From IMG/VR virus record IMGVR_UViG_3300018080_000117, positions 72,433 through 136,432 of that record: a DNA stretch of 64,000 nt; one strand, written 5' to 3'. This document shows positions 48,889 to 58,187 of the stretch, piece after piece. Below the pieces are notes generated by a model. That model was not told the origin of the DNA and did not search any database. It saw only the letters and a program-made list of their open reading frames with translations. The stretch's first letter is position 1; every line of letters starts with the position of its first letter. Position numbers and translations under genes: made by a program. Source of the DNA: a virus.

Positions 48889-50214
48889 TTACCCTTGCAC
48901 TCTCAAAGTTACGGTCGGTTTAATATCATCTACTTTTATCCAATCATACTGACCAAAACCTATAATTAGAATTGTATGCCACTCATCTTTTAGAACAGAC
49001 CAAGGTCCGGTAGGTGCATACGCAACCATTGGGTTGCCAACGTTAATTCCGGTAGTCCCGTCTGCTGCCATGTAGTCTAAAGGATTAGCTGCAGGAGAAG
49101 GGAGTTCCCAAATTTCCCCAGACATGTACAAAGCAGTTCCAAACGGGTTAGTCAACCACCCGTAGGATTGTATAATGGGCCCAGACACAGACAAACCGTA
49201 AACCGAATAACCAACATAAATTATGGTTGGGTTGTACTCTCTTTGACCGTAATAACCATAATACCTGGGGGTGCTGTAAAATTTGGCGTATACAACATCT
49301 CCTGTTACAGGAGCCTGCCACCGCCTATAATGTTTACCAATAGCGTCTGACCCTCGTACAACTTCGTTACTAGTCAACTGCGTCGAGCTTTCTGAAAAAT
49401 TTACACCGTTGGTTTCAGGAAACGTGTTTTTGCCACCTATTCCAAAATATGATATTTCTTGGTCTGGGGGTTGTGGAGGGGTGGTAATAGTAATTTCTAC
49501 TTCCCACAAATTGCCACCAAGGTCTGTGTAAGTAACAGTGCCTGAATCGTCTGGGGGAGTAGCGCCACCACCAGGAGGCACGTAGCCTGCAGGAGGTTCA
49601 GGACCGTACAGTTCTTTCGCTTGAAACTGTATGGAGTCGGAACCAGAAAGATCTACTACCTGACTAACTTCAAATACTGATCCTACTGACGAAGAGCCGA
49701 ATGCGCTTCCCCCCAACTCGTCGCCCAAGCACATTGCATAGCGACCGTTACCAGTACGAAAATTAGTAGGCTCCACACGCCCTCGGGTTATCCCTGCGAG
49801 GTTTTGCAAAGCACCTGCGGTGTCAGTTACCCCCCAATGCTTAGCGTAGCCAGGAAGCTCCCCAGGGCTTTCAAAACCACCGTTTTTTACGCCAAAGGTT
49901 CCTGAAAAAGAGGGCTCTTCAGCGACAACCCCAGTTGCAGTTTGCGGGACGGAAAAAGAGTAAGTCCACGTTTTTTGCGTTGGCAGATCACGGTCTACAG
50001 TAAGTTTTACTAGATACGCCCCAAAAGCATCGGAACGAAGTCTTGTGCTTACTCCAGTTGTCGGCACAATGTCTTTTGTAGATTTCTCGGGCTTAGACAG
50101 CAACGTCCATTCGTAGCGCTTGTAACCTGCAGGGCCGGTAAGTCCCACTAAAGACCCTACGGTCGCATTTTTCGGGAGGCTCCCTGATCCCTCTAAAAGC
50201 AAAGCAGTGATCAC
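48889..50214 (-). CDS. virion structural protein (PKD-like and NGGFE carbohydrate-binding-like domains)
   Basis: YEWTLLSKPE..S, GAYLVKLTV, KNGGFE; GTG start overlaps the upstream stop. Confidence 0.6.
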   Translation of the reverse strand: MITALLLEGSGSLPKNATVGSLVGLTGPAGYKRYEWTLLSKPEKSTKDIVPTTGVSTRLRSDAFGAYLVKLTVDRDLPTQKTWTYSFSVPQTATGVVAEEPSFSGTFGVKNGGFESPGELPGYAKHWGVTDTAGALQNLAGITRGRVEPTNFRTGNGRYAMCLGDELGGSAFGSSSVGSVFEVSQVVDLSGSDSIQFQAKELYGPEPPAGYVPPGGGATPPDDSGTVTYTDLGGNLWEVEITITTPPQPPDQEISYFGIGGKNTFPETNGVNFSESSTQLTSNEVVRGSDAIGKHYRRWQAPVTGDVVYAKFYSTPRYYGYYGQREYNPTIIYVGYSVYGLSVSGPIIQSYGWLTNPFGTALYMSGEIWELPSPAANPLDYMAADGTTGINVGNPMVAYAPTGPWSVLKDEWHTILIIGFGQYDWIKVDDIKPTVTLRVQG

Positions 50215-50801
50215 GACGCACCGCCGTCGACATAAATTCCCCAAACGTCGCCTTGCACTCCCGAAAGTTCAGTAACGGAACAATCGATTACGTCTAACCC
50301 TAGAGTTCGGATCCCATAAAGATTGTCTCTGGCAGACAGATCCGCAACGTCGCAGTCCTTTATCCTGCCTGACCCAGCGGCGAAAATTCCGTAAGCGTCT
50401 CCACTAGGAACCACAAATCCCTGGACCGAACAAGTAAAACAAATAAAGTTTTGTACGCTTTCGGCGTAGATACCAATTAAGTTTCCGCTAGAATCCGCTG
50501 CTTGCAGAATGTTTACTCCTACGATCGAAAATCTCGGAGAGTCGAGGATTACAACACCAGCTCGATGCACCGTTGTTTTTTGCGGTTGGATGTAAACTGC
50601 TTGAGGGTTTTCAGCAAAAATGCTTCCCTCTTTTCCAGACACCACAACAGAGTCTACCGGTGTGTATGTCCCGTCTAAAATTCTAATCTGATCTTTGTCT
50701 TCAAAAACAGTAAGAGCTTTTTCGATTGTCTTGTAAGGGTTGTCTCGACTACCACTTCCGGTAGTATCGTTTCCTGTCGTGGCTACCCAATGGATGCTCA
50801 C
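50211..50801 (-). CDS. DUF1565-like beta-helix protein
   Basis: WVATTGNDTTGSGSRDNPYKTIEKA...DGTY. Confidence 0.75.
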   Translation of the reverse strand: MSIHWVATTGNDTTGSGSRDNPYKTIEKALTVFEDKDQIRILDGTYTPVDSVVVSGKEGSIFAENPQAVYIQPQKTTVHRAGVVILDSPRFSIVGVNILQAADSSGNLIGIYAESVQNFICFTCSVQGFVVPSGDAYGIFAAGSGRIKDCDVADLSARDNLYGIRTLGLDVIDCSVTELSGVQGDVWGIYVDGGAS

Positions 50802-51094
50802 GAAATCCTCCTAATCCTAAACTGCACCAACTGCTGACCTTCGTAATTTGAGGTAGGTACTGTAATTGATTGTTGCTCAAAAGAGTAGGGGGTAGACCAC
50901 ACAACAACCCCGCCGATTAGCATTTCCGCCATCCACGTCCCTGCACCCGGCGTTGGGCTCGGGCCTGGACCAGGACCGGGTCCTGGCCCCGAACCTCCTA
51001 ACGAGACAACAGGAAAAGCTCCGTCGTCGAAGCCTTCTACGGTGGCTTCGGAGCGGTAGTAAGAAGGGAATGCGCCGTCTTGACCAGAAGGCAT
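50798..51094 (-). CDS. small structural protein with (GP)n linker
   Basis: GPGPGPGPGPSPTP. Confidence 0.6.
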   Translation of the reverse strand: MPSGQDGAFPSYYRSEATVEGFDDGAFPVVSLGGSGPGPGPGPGPSPTPGAGTWMAEMLIGGVVVWSTPYSFEQQSITVPTSNYEGQQLVQFRIRRIS

Positions 51095-51096
51095 TT

Positions 51097-52512
51097 TTAC
51101 ACCACCACAGCAGACCCGTAAACTATGTGCTGCTTATTGCTAATGGTGATTTGTTCGTTCACGGGTTGGTAAACTGTACCGTTTTCACCCGTCAAAAGGT
51201 AACTATTCAGGGTAACGGCATCGACATTGTTTACGGGAAAATCTCCGTAGCCTTGTTGCAGCACGATAATTAAATCGCTCTTCTGCAAACCATCACCTAA
51301 ACGGTATTGTTCGCTAACGTACTGACTAAGGGCGTTACGTACCGTATTGCGCGTAGAAGGTCCGTCAGCATTGGCCTTTAGCGTCAACGTTGCGTTCAAG
51401 GTTAGGCTTAGTGGGTAAGCTCTCTTTAGCAAGATGCCTGCGGTCAAAACACGTTGAGCTGGCTGGTTGATCGTTGCTTGCGAGTTGTGCAAACGAGAAA
51501 CGTACGTGTAGGTAACGCTTATCTGCGATCCTACCGCAATCGGCAAGGTGTTAAAGGAGACGTAGTCTTGAGCGTAGTAACTCCTACGAAGAGGCGATGT
51601 CTCGTCAACGTTTGCGCTGTACTGAGATGTTGTTAGAGCACCTATTTGCTGTGTTGTAACGGACGTCACCGCTAGCACCGGACGTTTCGTTAGGTAGTAC
51701 TCTGTTTGCGCCGGGTTGTAGTTGAACGTATCTGTTTGCGTATCGGTGGAGTAGTCAACGACAAAAGCATCAACCCCATTAGCTCTTTCGTAACCTTCTT
51801 CTTCTGCTCTTATCACTTCTGCGTCAACAAACCCCAATCCGCGCAAATAACGGCTCAAGCCGTTGCGCGTCGAAAGCGCTCTACCTGTTTTGTAAAGTCG
51901 GACACGCTCCCTAAGGTCGTCGTCGCTTTCTTCGTCGGTACCTCCTGTGGCGGCAGACAGATTAGTAACGCCTTCGATCTGATCTACGTTTGTAACCAAG
52001 CTCGTCAAAAAGTTAGATGCGACGTTGCCTATAACACCCCTTGTTGTTGCGGTAGCGGTTACCGTAAATTCGTAGCGACCGCGATCGAAAGAGTAGTAAG
52101 ATCCAACGTCACTAACCGCAAAACGGTTTTCTGCGTCTACTTCGAAAGTGATCGCGTTTGAAAAAGCTGTCCCTGTTGTTCTAACCTGTGCGTCGGCTGG
52201 GATAACAACGTCTTCAGTGGGCGCTGTTGCGGCGTAAAAAGTAAGACTCGCTGTGGCAAAATCCCCAGGTAACTTAACCAAATTAAAATTCGAAGCTTCG
52301 TTTTCTAAGTCCTGCCCGCTGATCTCACTAAGGATGTGAAGGTTTTTTACTGCCTCCACCTGGTCAAGGACAAGCTTAGCTGCAACAGAGTAGGGCGTGA
52401 GAATCAAGTCCTGAATCAAACTATTTTCAGAGACATCCAAATACGGGTTCTTCGCTCTCAAAAAAGTTTTGATCTCTGCCAACAGCACCTGGATCGACTT
52501 TGTATCTGCCAT
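51097..52512 (-). CDS. baseplate J-like protein
   Basis: LSEISGQDLE, A...GVIGNV, VTNLSAATGGTDEESDDDLRER. Confidence 0.92.
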   Translation of the reverse strand: MADTKSIQVLLAEIKTFLRAKNPYLDVSENSLIQDLILTPYSVAAKLVLDQVEAVKNLHILSEISGQDLENEASNFNLVKLPGDFATASLTFYAATAPTEDVVIPADAQVRTTGTAFSNAITFEVDAENRFAVSDVGSYYSFDRGRYEFTVTATATTRGVIGNVASNFLTSLVTNVDQIEGVTNLSAATGGTDEESDDDLRERVRLYKTGRALSTRNGLSRYLRGLGFVDAEVIRAEEEGYERANGVDAFVVDYSTDTQTDTFNYNPAQTEYYLTKRPVLAVTSVTTQQIGALTTSQYSANVDETSPLRRSYYAQDYVSFNTLPIAVGSQISVTYTYVSRLHNSQATINQPAQRVLTAGILLKRAYPLSLTLNATLTLKANADGPSTRNTVRNALSQYVSEQYRLGDGLQKSDLIIVLQQGYGDFPVNNVDAVTLNSYLLTGENGTVYQPVNEQITISNKQHIVYGSAVVV

Positions 52513-52521
52513 TATTGCCCT

Positions 52522-53259
52522 CTAAGGAGTCTGAGATCCGATAGGCGAAATTGTAGTTTGCGTCCCTGCATAATCTTGCAGTTTAACGTCTATGATGTAT
52601 TTTCTTGGATCTGTCCCACCCTTCAACGCGGTCTCCTGCACAACAAAAACGTCAATGATTTTATCCAAAATCTCTGTTGCCTTAAACGTCTTTGTGTAGT
52701 CTACGTAAAACGTAACTTGACTGTTTTGAACTAATGCAACCGAGTAAGTCCCTTGGGCTGTCGAAGACGTTGCCGCCTGGGCTTGTGGGGTGAGGCTAAA
52801 CGTATCGACAAAGGGAGACTCAAAAGACGTGTTGAAAACTCTGGTAATTCCGTAGTCATAAGTTGTTCCGTTATACACGTCTGTATCTACAAACGAGTAT
52901 TTTATTCCCTTACCGGAAATTCGAGCGTACTCTTCGTTTGTTCCTGCCGCACGTCTCCAAACGGAGTACCCCGTAAGGTTGGGATCGTTTCGATTGACGT
53001 AGTTGAGTTGTTTTAGTCGATACTGCCTAAGTAAGTTTACTACCATGGTTCGAATAGCCCGAACGTTTGACGTTTTTGTATTGAGCCAATTTTGATTACC
53101 AGCCTGGTCATTGACGATTGCGCGGATTATTTGAGTTTGGAGTTTAGCTGTGCCTTCGACAAGCTCAAGGTCTCCGGTTGGGCTAAGTTTCAAGGTTGAC
53201 TTTGATCGCCCTTCAACCGGCAAATCGACTTTTAGTTCGTATTGCGTCGTACTGGCCAT
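52522..53259 (-). CDS. baseplate wedge protein (gp25/W-like) with FN3-like insert
   Basis: GDLELVEGTAKLQTQI; GYSVWRR..FVDTDV.NGTTYDYGIT; DPR. Confidence 0.6.
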   Translation of the reverse strand: MASTTQYELKVDLPVEGRSKSTLKLSPTGDLELVEGTAKLQTQIIRAIVNDQAGNQNWLNTKTSNVRAIRTMVVNLLRQYRLKQLNYVNRNDPNLTGYSVWRRAAGTNEEYARISGKGIKYSFVDTDVYNGTTYDYGITRVFNTSFESPFVDTFSLTPQAQAATSSTAQGTYSVALVQNSQVTFYVDYTKTFKATEILDKIIDVFVVQETALKGGTDPRKYIIDVKLQDYAGTQTTISPIGSQTP

Positions 53260-53717
53260 TAGCAATACTCCAACGCCTCGATAATCCCTTCCAGCACTTC
53301 TAGAATGGCGGTAAGGCGAGACTGTTGCTGAGAGTTTTTTTCCAAAGCTAAGATGAAATTTTGGATTTCAAACTCGGCTTCTTCGACCCTTTCCAAAACA
53401 AACGAGTCAAGGTCACGTATTGCTTTTGAAAAAGTTCCTACTGGGGAGCAATCGGCGTAAGGCCTAGTTAGGTTGTCTAAGTACTTCAGCGGTTGCTGAA
53501 CGGGCTCTACCAGTGTCTTAGCCAATTCTAAACTAAGTTCGAGTCCTTTTGCAGCTAAGCGATCCTCGTAGTCATTGCGCAAGAGGGCTTCAAAAGCAAT
53601 TGTGACTTCTACAATCGCTTTGACTGATTCGACAAACGCTTTTAGCTGTTTTGCAACAGGGGCACCTACGGTGCCCACCCAACTGCATAAACAGTCGTCA
53701 TAATCTTCGAGTGCCAT
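53259..53717 (-). CDS. hypothetical protein
   Basis: First gene of the minus-strand block; TAATG coupling. Confidence 0.65.
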   Translation of the reverse strand: MALEDYDDCLCSWVGTVGAPVAKQLKAFVESVKAIVEVTIAFEALLRNDYEDRLAAKGLELSLELAKTLVEPVQQPLKYLDNLTRPYADCSPVGTFSKAIRDLDSFVLERVEEAEFEIQNFILALEKNSQQQSRLTAILEVLEGIIEALEYC

Positions 53718-53793
53718 ACCGCTAAGTTACCGGATCACCGCTTGCACTCGTTAATCCTTGTTGGGATATTCTTGAAAGCTAAAGGAGGGATTA

Positions 53794-54741
53794 ATGCACA
53801 AAGATGCCGTAGTTTACGTTGCGGGTTCAACCGGTTTGGTAGGGTCTGCGTTAGTTAGAGAGCTAAGGTCACAGGGATACAAAAACTTAGTTTTGAAACG
53901 GATTGACCTAACAAATAGCAACGAAACGTATGACTTTTTTGAAGAGGAAAAACCGGAGTACGTTTTTGTTGCTGCTGCTAAGGTCGGAGGAATCCACGCA
54001 AACAACACCTACCCCTCAGATTTTATTGAAGTAAACCTAAAAATCTCGTCGAACGTTATCAGTGCCGCGAGACAGTTTGGAGCAACCAAGCTTCTCTACT
54101 TAGGAAGTAGTTGCATCTACCCTAGAGACGCAGATCAACCAATCAGAGAGGAAAGTTTGTTAGCGGGACCGCTTGAACCAACCAATGCACCCTACGCAAT
54201 TGCTAAGATTGCTGGTATCTCCCTGTGTCAAAGCTCAAACCGTCAGCATAAAACCAACTTCATTGCAGCGATGCCCACCAATCTTTATGGGCCTGGAGAC
54301 AATTTTGATTTACAAAGCAGCCACGTGCTACCCGCGCTAATGCGAAAAATACACGAAGCAAAGACAGAACACAAACCAGAGGTCGAGGTGTGGGGATCGG
54401 GCGATCCAATTCGGGAGTTTTTGCACGTCGACGATTGCGCAAAAGCCCTGGTTACAATGATGCAAGAATTCGAACCCAAAGATCTTTGCTACTTAAACGT
54501 CGGTTGCGGGTATGGAATTTCAATCAGTGAACTAGCTACCCTTTTGAAAGAAGCGGTAGGTTATACGGGTAAGCTAAAATTTAATCCTGCAATGCCGGAC
54601 GGAACGCCTAAAAAAGTACTGAACATTGATCGTCTTTGTGGGTTGGGATGGTCCCCAACCATTAGTTTGTCGGAGGGGCTAGCAAAAACTTACGAGTGGT
54701 TTAGGAGATCAAAATGGACCAACTTATCGAATTTGAGATAG
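53794..54741 (+). CDS. fcl: GDP-L-fucose synthase
   Basis: AG.TGLVGSA, AAAKVGGIHAN, GSSCIYP, YAIAK, PTNLYGP.DNF, SHVLPAL, REFLHVDD. Confidence 0.96.
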   Translation: MHKDAVVYVAGSTGLVGSALVRELRSQGYKNLVLKRIDLTNSNETYDFFEEEKPEYVFVAAAKVGGIHANNTYPSDFIEVNLKISSNVISAARQFGATKLLYLGSSCIYPRDADQPIREESLLAGPLEPTNAPYAIAKIAGISLCQSSNRQHKTNFIAAMPTNLYGPGDNFDLQSSHVLPALMRKIHEAKTEHKPEVEVWGSGDPIREFLHVDDCAKALVTMMQEFEPKDLCYLNVGCGYGISISELATLLKEAVGYTGKLKFNPAMPDGTPKKVLNIDRLCGLGWSPTISLSEGLAKTYEWFRRSKWTNLSNLR

Positions 54742-54890
54742 AAACAATTCTCAGAGAAACCGATTTGGCACTGCTACTAATAATTGACGGGTTGGAACTG
54801 TGGCTTCCGAAATCTCAGATCGAAATGGCCGATGAAGAGACGGTTTCGATACCGAAATGGCTGGCGTTGGAAAAAGGACTGGTTGACTAA
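54714..54890 (+). CDS. small phage protein (58 aa, not in the ORF track)
   Basis: AGGAG RBS; WLPKSQI...IPKWLALEKGL. Confidence 0.65.
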   Translation: MDQLIEFEIETILRETDLALLLIIDGLELWLPKSQIEMADEETVSIPKWLALEKGLVD

Positions 54891-55477
54891 TGGCCTTAGC
54901 ACAAGCAACTTTGGCTGAAGAGTTAACTAAACTTTTTGATAGCTCTGATCCCAATTTTGTGGGCTACCCCGCTAATCTAGGTGCTGCTGCCAGCAACTGG
55001 GGAAACGCTTACAACACGTACGCCAGTACAGCAGTAGACGTATCAGGAGACTCTTTAGTAAGCGCCAACGCAGCGAGCTTCGTCAGTGCACTGCAAAGCG
55101 GCTTGGAGTCTTCGTCGGACGCTACAGCGGCTGCAAACGCCTTTGACGCGGCATTTGTTGCGTATTGGACCGGAGCTGTGTTCTCGATTGGCTTTTCGCC
55201 AACACCAGCTTCTGCGTGCCCTAGCGTAGGCGGTACTGGATTGTGGTCTTCGGAAATTAGTTCTGTGGTTAGTGCCGTTACAGCTTCGACCCTAACTAAT
55301 CTATTGGTGACGGAGTTTGCGATTCTGGGAGGTAGTGCTGCAAGCAAAGCCGATTCCCTTGCTACAGCTTTTCATTCAGCCACAACAACAGCGGTGTTTG
55401 TCTTGATTACTGGATTAGATACCACACCGACCCCTGCTGGACCCCTACCAATCACCAACACCTGCACGATTTTTTAG
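54890..55477 (+). CDS. Ala/Ser/Thr-rich probable virion (baseplate-associated) protein
   Basis: Composition and MAL...L start; near the baseplate block. Confidence 0.55.
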   Translation: MALAQATLAEELTKLFDSSDPNFVGYPANLGAAASNWGNAYNTYASTAVDVSGDSLVSANAASFVSALQSGLESSSDATAAANAFDAAFVAYWTGAVFSIGFSPTPASACPSVGGTGLWSSEISSVVSAVTASTLTNLLVTEFAILGGSAASKADSLATAFHSATTTAVFVLITGLDTTPTPAGPLPITNTCTIF

Positions 55478-55563
55478 CCCTCGTTTTCACCCAAAAAAAC
55501 TTTAGTTTTTTGTAACCTATTGTATCCTTTACTAAAGTTTATTTGGTTTTTTACAAATTTTAC

Positions 55564-55592
55564 TTGACTACTAGGGATTATTTTGCTAGCCT
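55564..55592 (+). promoter_or_regulatory. sigma70-like promoter
   Basis: TTGACT-N17-TAGCCT with TG extension, after an AT-rich UP-like region. Confidence 0.55.
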
Positions 55593-55641
55593 TAGAAGTA
55601 GGGCAAGGCTTCAAACTGGGAGAGCGAAAGTGAGGAAATAT

Positions 55642-56109
55642 GTGAGTAAATACAGCGGGCAATGCGCCTGCTGTGGTAAAAAATATGAAAAGGGCGACGA
55701 GATCGCCCTGTTGCTCGAGGAGACTCGGGCTCTCTGGCACAGAATCGGCCTGTGCCAAACCCGCGTGTACAAGTACGCCCACGTGGCGTGCTTGCCGGAA
55801 GTACCTGCAGAGCCCGGTACAGCGGTCGAAACACTCTACCCAATCGCCAGCCGAATGCTCGCGCTGACGGACCCCAATTGGCCAAAGGACCATATTGGGC
55901 TGTCAGCGGCGGATGCCAGCCCGGTGGCGTCCTGGATGCACGGCGATGAAGCCGTGCGGCACGTGCTCACCATCAAGGTGGCCAAGCGCCTCGCCGCCAA
56001 CTACAAAAACACCCAATTGAGCGCAGGAGAGGTTGAGTCTCTTGAATCAATCAAGAGCCAACCTTACCTATCTCCTGCTACCACCGACAACGAGACCACC
56101 GACAATTGA
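55642..56109 (+). CDS. mosaic protein with N-terminal zinc-binding motif
   Basis: GAGG RBS with GTG start; SKYSGQCACCG..GDEI...HVAC; GC-rich middle. Confidence 0.55.
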   Translation: MSKYSGQCACCGKKYEKGDEIALLLEETRALWHRIGLCQTRVYKYAHVACLPEVPAEPGTAVETLYPIASRMLALTDPNWPKDHIGLSAADASPVASWMHGDEAVRHVLTIKVAKRLAANYKNTQLSAGEVESLESIKSQPYLSPATTDNETTDN

Positions 56110-56242
56110 CAGGATGATGGACGAGCTTTTGGCCGAAAAGGCCAAAGTAATCTCTGCGGCTCTCGATGGCAATGGGGCACTGCCAGAAAACTTATCAATT
56201 CAAAAAGAATTGCTGGCGAAGTGGATCGCCAGCGCAAAGTAA
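56060..56242 (+). pseudogene. remnant of an SNF2-family helicase C-terminus
   Basis: TYLL...TIDRMMDELLAEKAKVISAALDG. Confidence 0.45.
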
Positions 56243-56290
56243 GGTGTCCGTTTTTGTTCTTGTCCTTACTTTAGGAGGGTGGGTGTTGCT

Positions 56291-56647
56291 ATGAAAATCC
56301 ATACCGTTTATTTTGATATCCCCGAAAGTTTTCGCGAGACGCTAGTAATCTCTTGTTGGTCTCAAGACGTCGAAAATTTACAAGAGGGAGATTACTTACG
56401 CACGATCGAAGATCAGTTAGTACGGGTACTGACAGTGTGCCAGGACCCCAACCCCGAAAAAATACAAATCTGTATTTGCAACGTCAACTACACCGAAACG
56501 GAATGCGTACGCATTATCGAGGCATGCGCCGAGTTAGACATCGAAGTGGGGCACAGAATCGCAGATAGGGTTTTGGTCGCTCTCGTCGAAAAGCAATTTC
56601 CGCGTGTAGCGGAAGTTTTTCAATCTTTGCCGAAATATTATTCTTAG
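56291..56647 (+). CDS. hypothetical protein
   Basis: AGGAGG upstream; start could be 56279 instead. Confidence 0.6.
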   Translation: MKIHTVYFDIPESFRETLVISCWSQDVENLQEGDYLRTIEDQLVRVLTVCQDPNPEKIQICICNVNYTETECVRIIEACAELDIEVGHRIADRVLVALVEKQFPRVAEVFQSLPKYYS

Positions 56648-56658
56648 GAGGTTGCGAA

Positions 56659-56934
56659 ATGTCCAGTAACAAAAAACCTACGTCTTTGGCAATGTGGATT
56701 GTAGCAGTGGTAATTGCTCTCGGGGCCGTCCACTACTTTCTTTTCCTAACCGGGCTCCAACAACAACTTTTCAAAGCAGCTTTGCGAGGCAAGATCACAA
56801 ACGGTTTTATCCAAGGGGTACTTCCCGAAATGGCGATTGCCTGGCTAATCGGGGTGGTCGGGACAGTAGCGATTTATTCCTATTTCCGGATCTGCCGAAA
56901 GGAAAAAGGCAGTGGAACCGCTAGCAAAAATTGA
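56659..56934 (+). CDS. two-TM membrane protein
   Basis: AGGAGG RBS; two hydrophobic segments. Confidence 0.7.
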   Translation: MSSNKKPTSLAMWIVAVVIALGAVHYFLFLTGLQQQLFKAALRGKITNGFIQGVLPEMAIAWLIGVVGTVAIYSYFRICRKEKGSGTASKN

Positions 56935-56988
56935 AATCACAGCTCGGTTAGAATTCGTTTGGCGTCTTTGCAAAGAGAGGGTAAGAAC

Positions 56989-57786
56989 ATGCGTATCCTT
57001 ATTATTGGTGTACTCGTACTGGTTGCCGCGTCGTGCGACACAAAAAAAGTTTGGGAACTTGAAGACCAGGTTCGTGAGCTAAAGGGGCAGGTTCGAAAAC
57101 TTAACCACCGACTGCACATTTGTGGCTGCGAAGTAACAAGAGCTGCAGACGAGGAGAAAGAAAAAAGACTCAAAGAACACGATCAAACAAAGCTAACGTT
57201 TGATGAAAAAATGAACTACAATAATTTATGCACACAGATTCCAAAACTTCCAGACGACGTTAGGAAGCTTGGGGAAGCACAACTGAAAAGATTGTCTGTC
57301 AAAAAAGACGAAATGGTGGGGTCTACATACTACTTCAGCAAAAACTTCAAAAAACTTACTCGAAGAACCTCAATTACTTTTTATTACGGCGAGGGCAAAA
57401 ATCTAGTCTACACCAGACTGTACGCGCTGCTCGTGGATCAAGAGATGGGAAGTGTCTCGCAGCTAATATTTAAGATCGATGATCATGCCCCTATTACTAT
57501 TGAAGTTAAGTACAAAAACATTCGAACCGACTACAATCCTCCTAATCACATTTTGCAGATAGATAAGCCGTTGCTAAGTTTAGACGATACGGAGAAACAG
57601 CGATACAAACAACTTTTTGACGAAATCCTTACTGCAAAGTTGGTAAAGGTTAGGTTCGTCAGGGACCATGGAAGAAGCAAAACGATCAATCTAAGCGAGG
57701 CGCACCTGAAGTCCATGAAGTCAATGTTGGCGGCTGCGCACATCCAAGTTTGCGATCCGCTTTTCAAGAAGATGGAAGAAAAATAA
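56989..57786 (+). CDS. lipoprotein
   Basis: MRILIIGVLVLVAAS-C lipobox. Confidence 0.75.
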   Translation: MRILIIGVLVLVAASCDTKKVWELEDQVRELKGQVRKLNHRLHICGCEVTRAADEEKEKRLKEHDQTKLTFDEKMNYNNLCTQIPKLPDDVRKLGEAQLKRLSVKKDEMVGSTYYFSKNFKKLTRRTSITFYYGEGKNLVYTRLYALLVDQEMGSVSQLIFKIDDHAPITIEVKYKNIRTDYNPPNHILQIDKPLLSLDDTEKQRYKQLFDEILTAKLVKVRFVRDHGRSKTINLSEAHLKSMKSMLAAAHIQVCDPLFKKMEEK

Positions 57787-57823
57787 TGTTTCCTCGGGCC
57801 GGTGCTCACCTGGATGCTCCTGG

Positions 57824-58021
57824 TTAGCCTTGCCCCCCGGCCCGAGGATTTCTTTTCGGAAACCAACCCCGCTTTCGCATTTTTTGAATTCTCGCCCGTA
57901 GGGATTTTTCGGTAATCCCGTAAACTTGGGCAATCGTTTTTTTCGAAAACCCTAATTCCCACATTTTTCGCGCCGGTAGCCAGCGTAACTCTGAAACTTT
58001 TGCCTTTTCTTCGTTCGTCAC
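57824..58021 (-). CDS. small HTH DNA-binding protein
   Basis: AGGAG RBS; WELGFSKKTIAQVYGITEKSLRARI; has its own promoter. Confidence 0.75.
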   Translation of the reverse strand: MTNEEKAKVSELRWLPARKMWELGFSKKTIAQVYGITEKSLRARIQKMRKRGWFPKRNPRAGGQG

Positions 58022-58046
58022 GGTTCACTCCTCTCGTCTGGGTGGT

Positions 58047-58075
58047 ATTATGGTCCGATTTTTTGAACGTGTCAA
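58047..58075 (-). promoter_or_regulatory. strong sigma70 promoter
   Basis: TTGACA-N17-CATAAT, with TTCAAAAAA in the spacer. Confidence 0.8.
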
Positions 58076-58136
58076 TACCGGGGGTTTTGTACGATTTGGG
58101 GTAAGATCTTTTGTGCTAGCCATAAACTAATTTTTG

Positions 58137-58165
58137 TTGACTTTGGTGCTACTAAGATCTACACT
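58137..58165 (+). promoter_or_regulatory. divergent sigma70 promoter
   Basis: TTGACT-N17-TACACT followed by an AAGGAG RBS. Confidence 0.7.
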
Positions 58166-58187
58166 TGAGAATAAGGAGATCACCTAA

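Noticed and set aside
44700-50214. Diversity-generating retroelement or invertase shufflon acting on the tail fibres
   Set aside because: No reverse transcriptase or invertase in the window, and no TR/VR pair or inverted crossover sites seen
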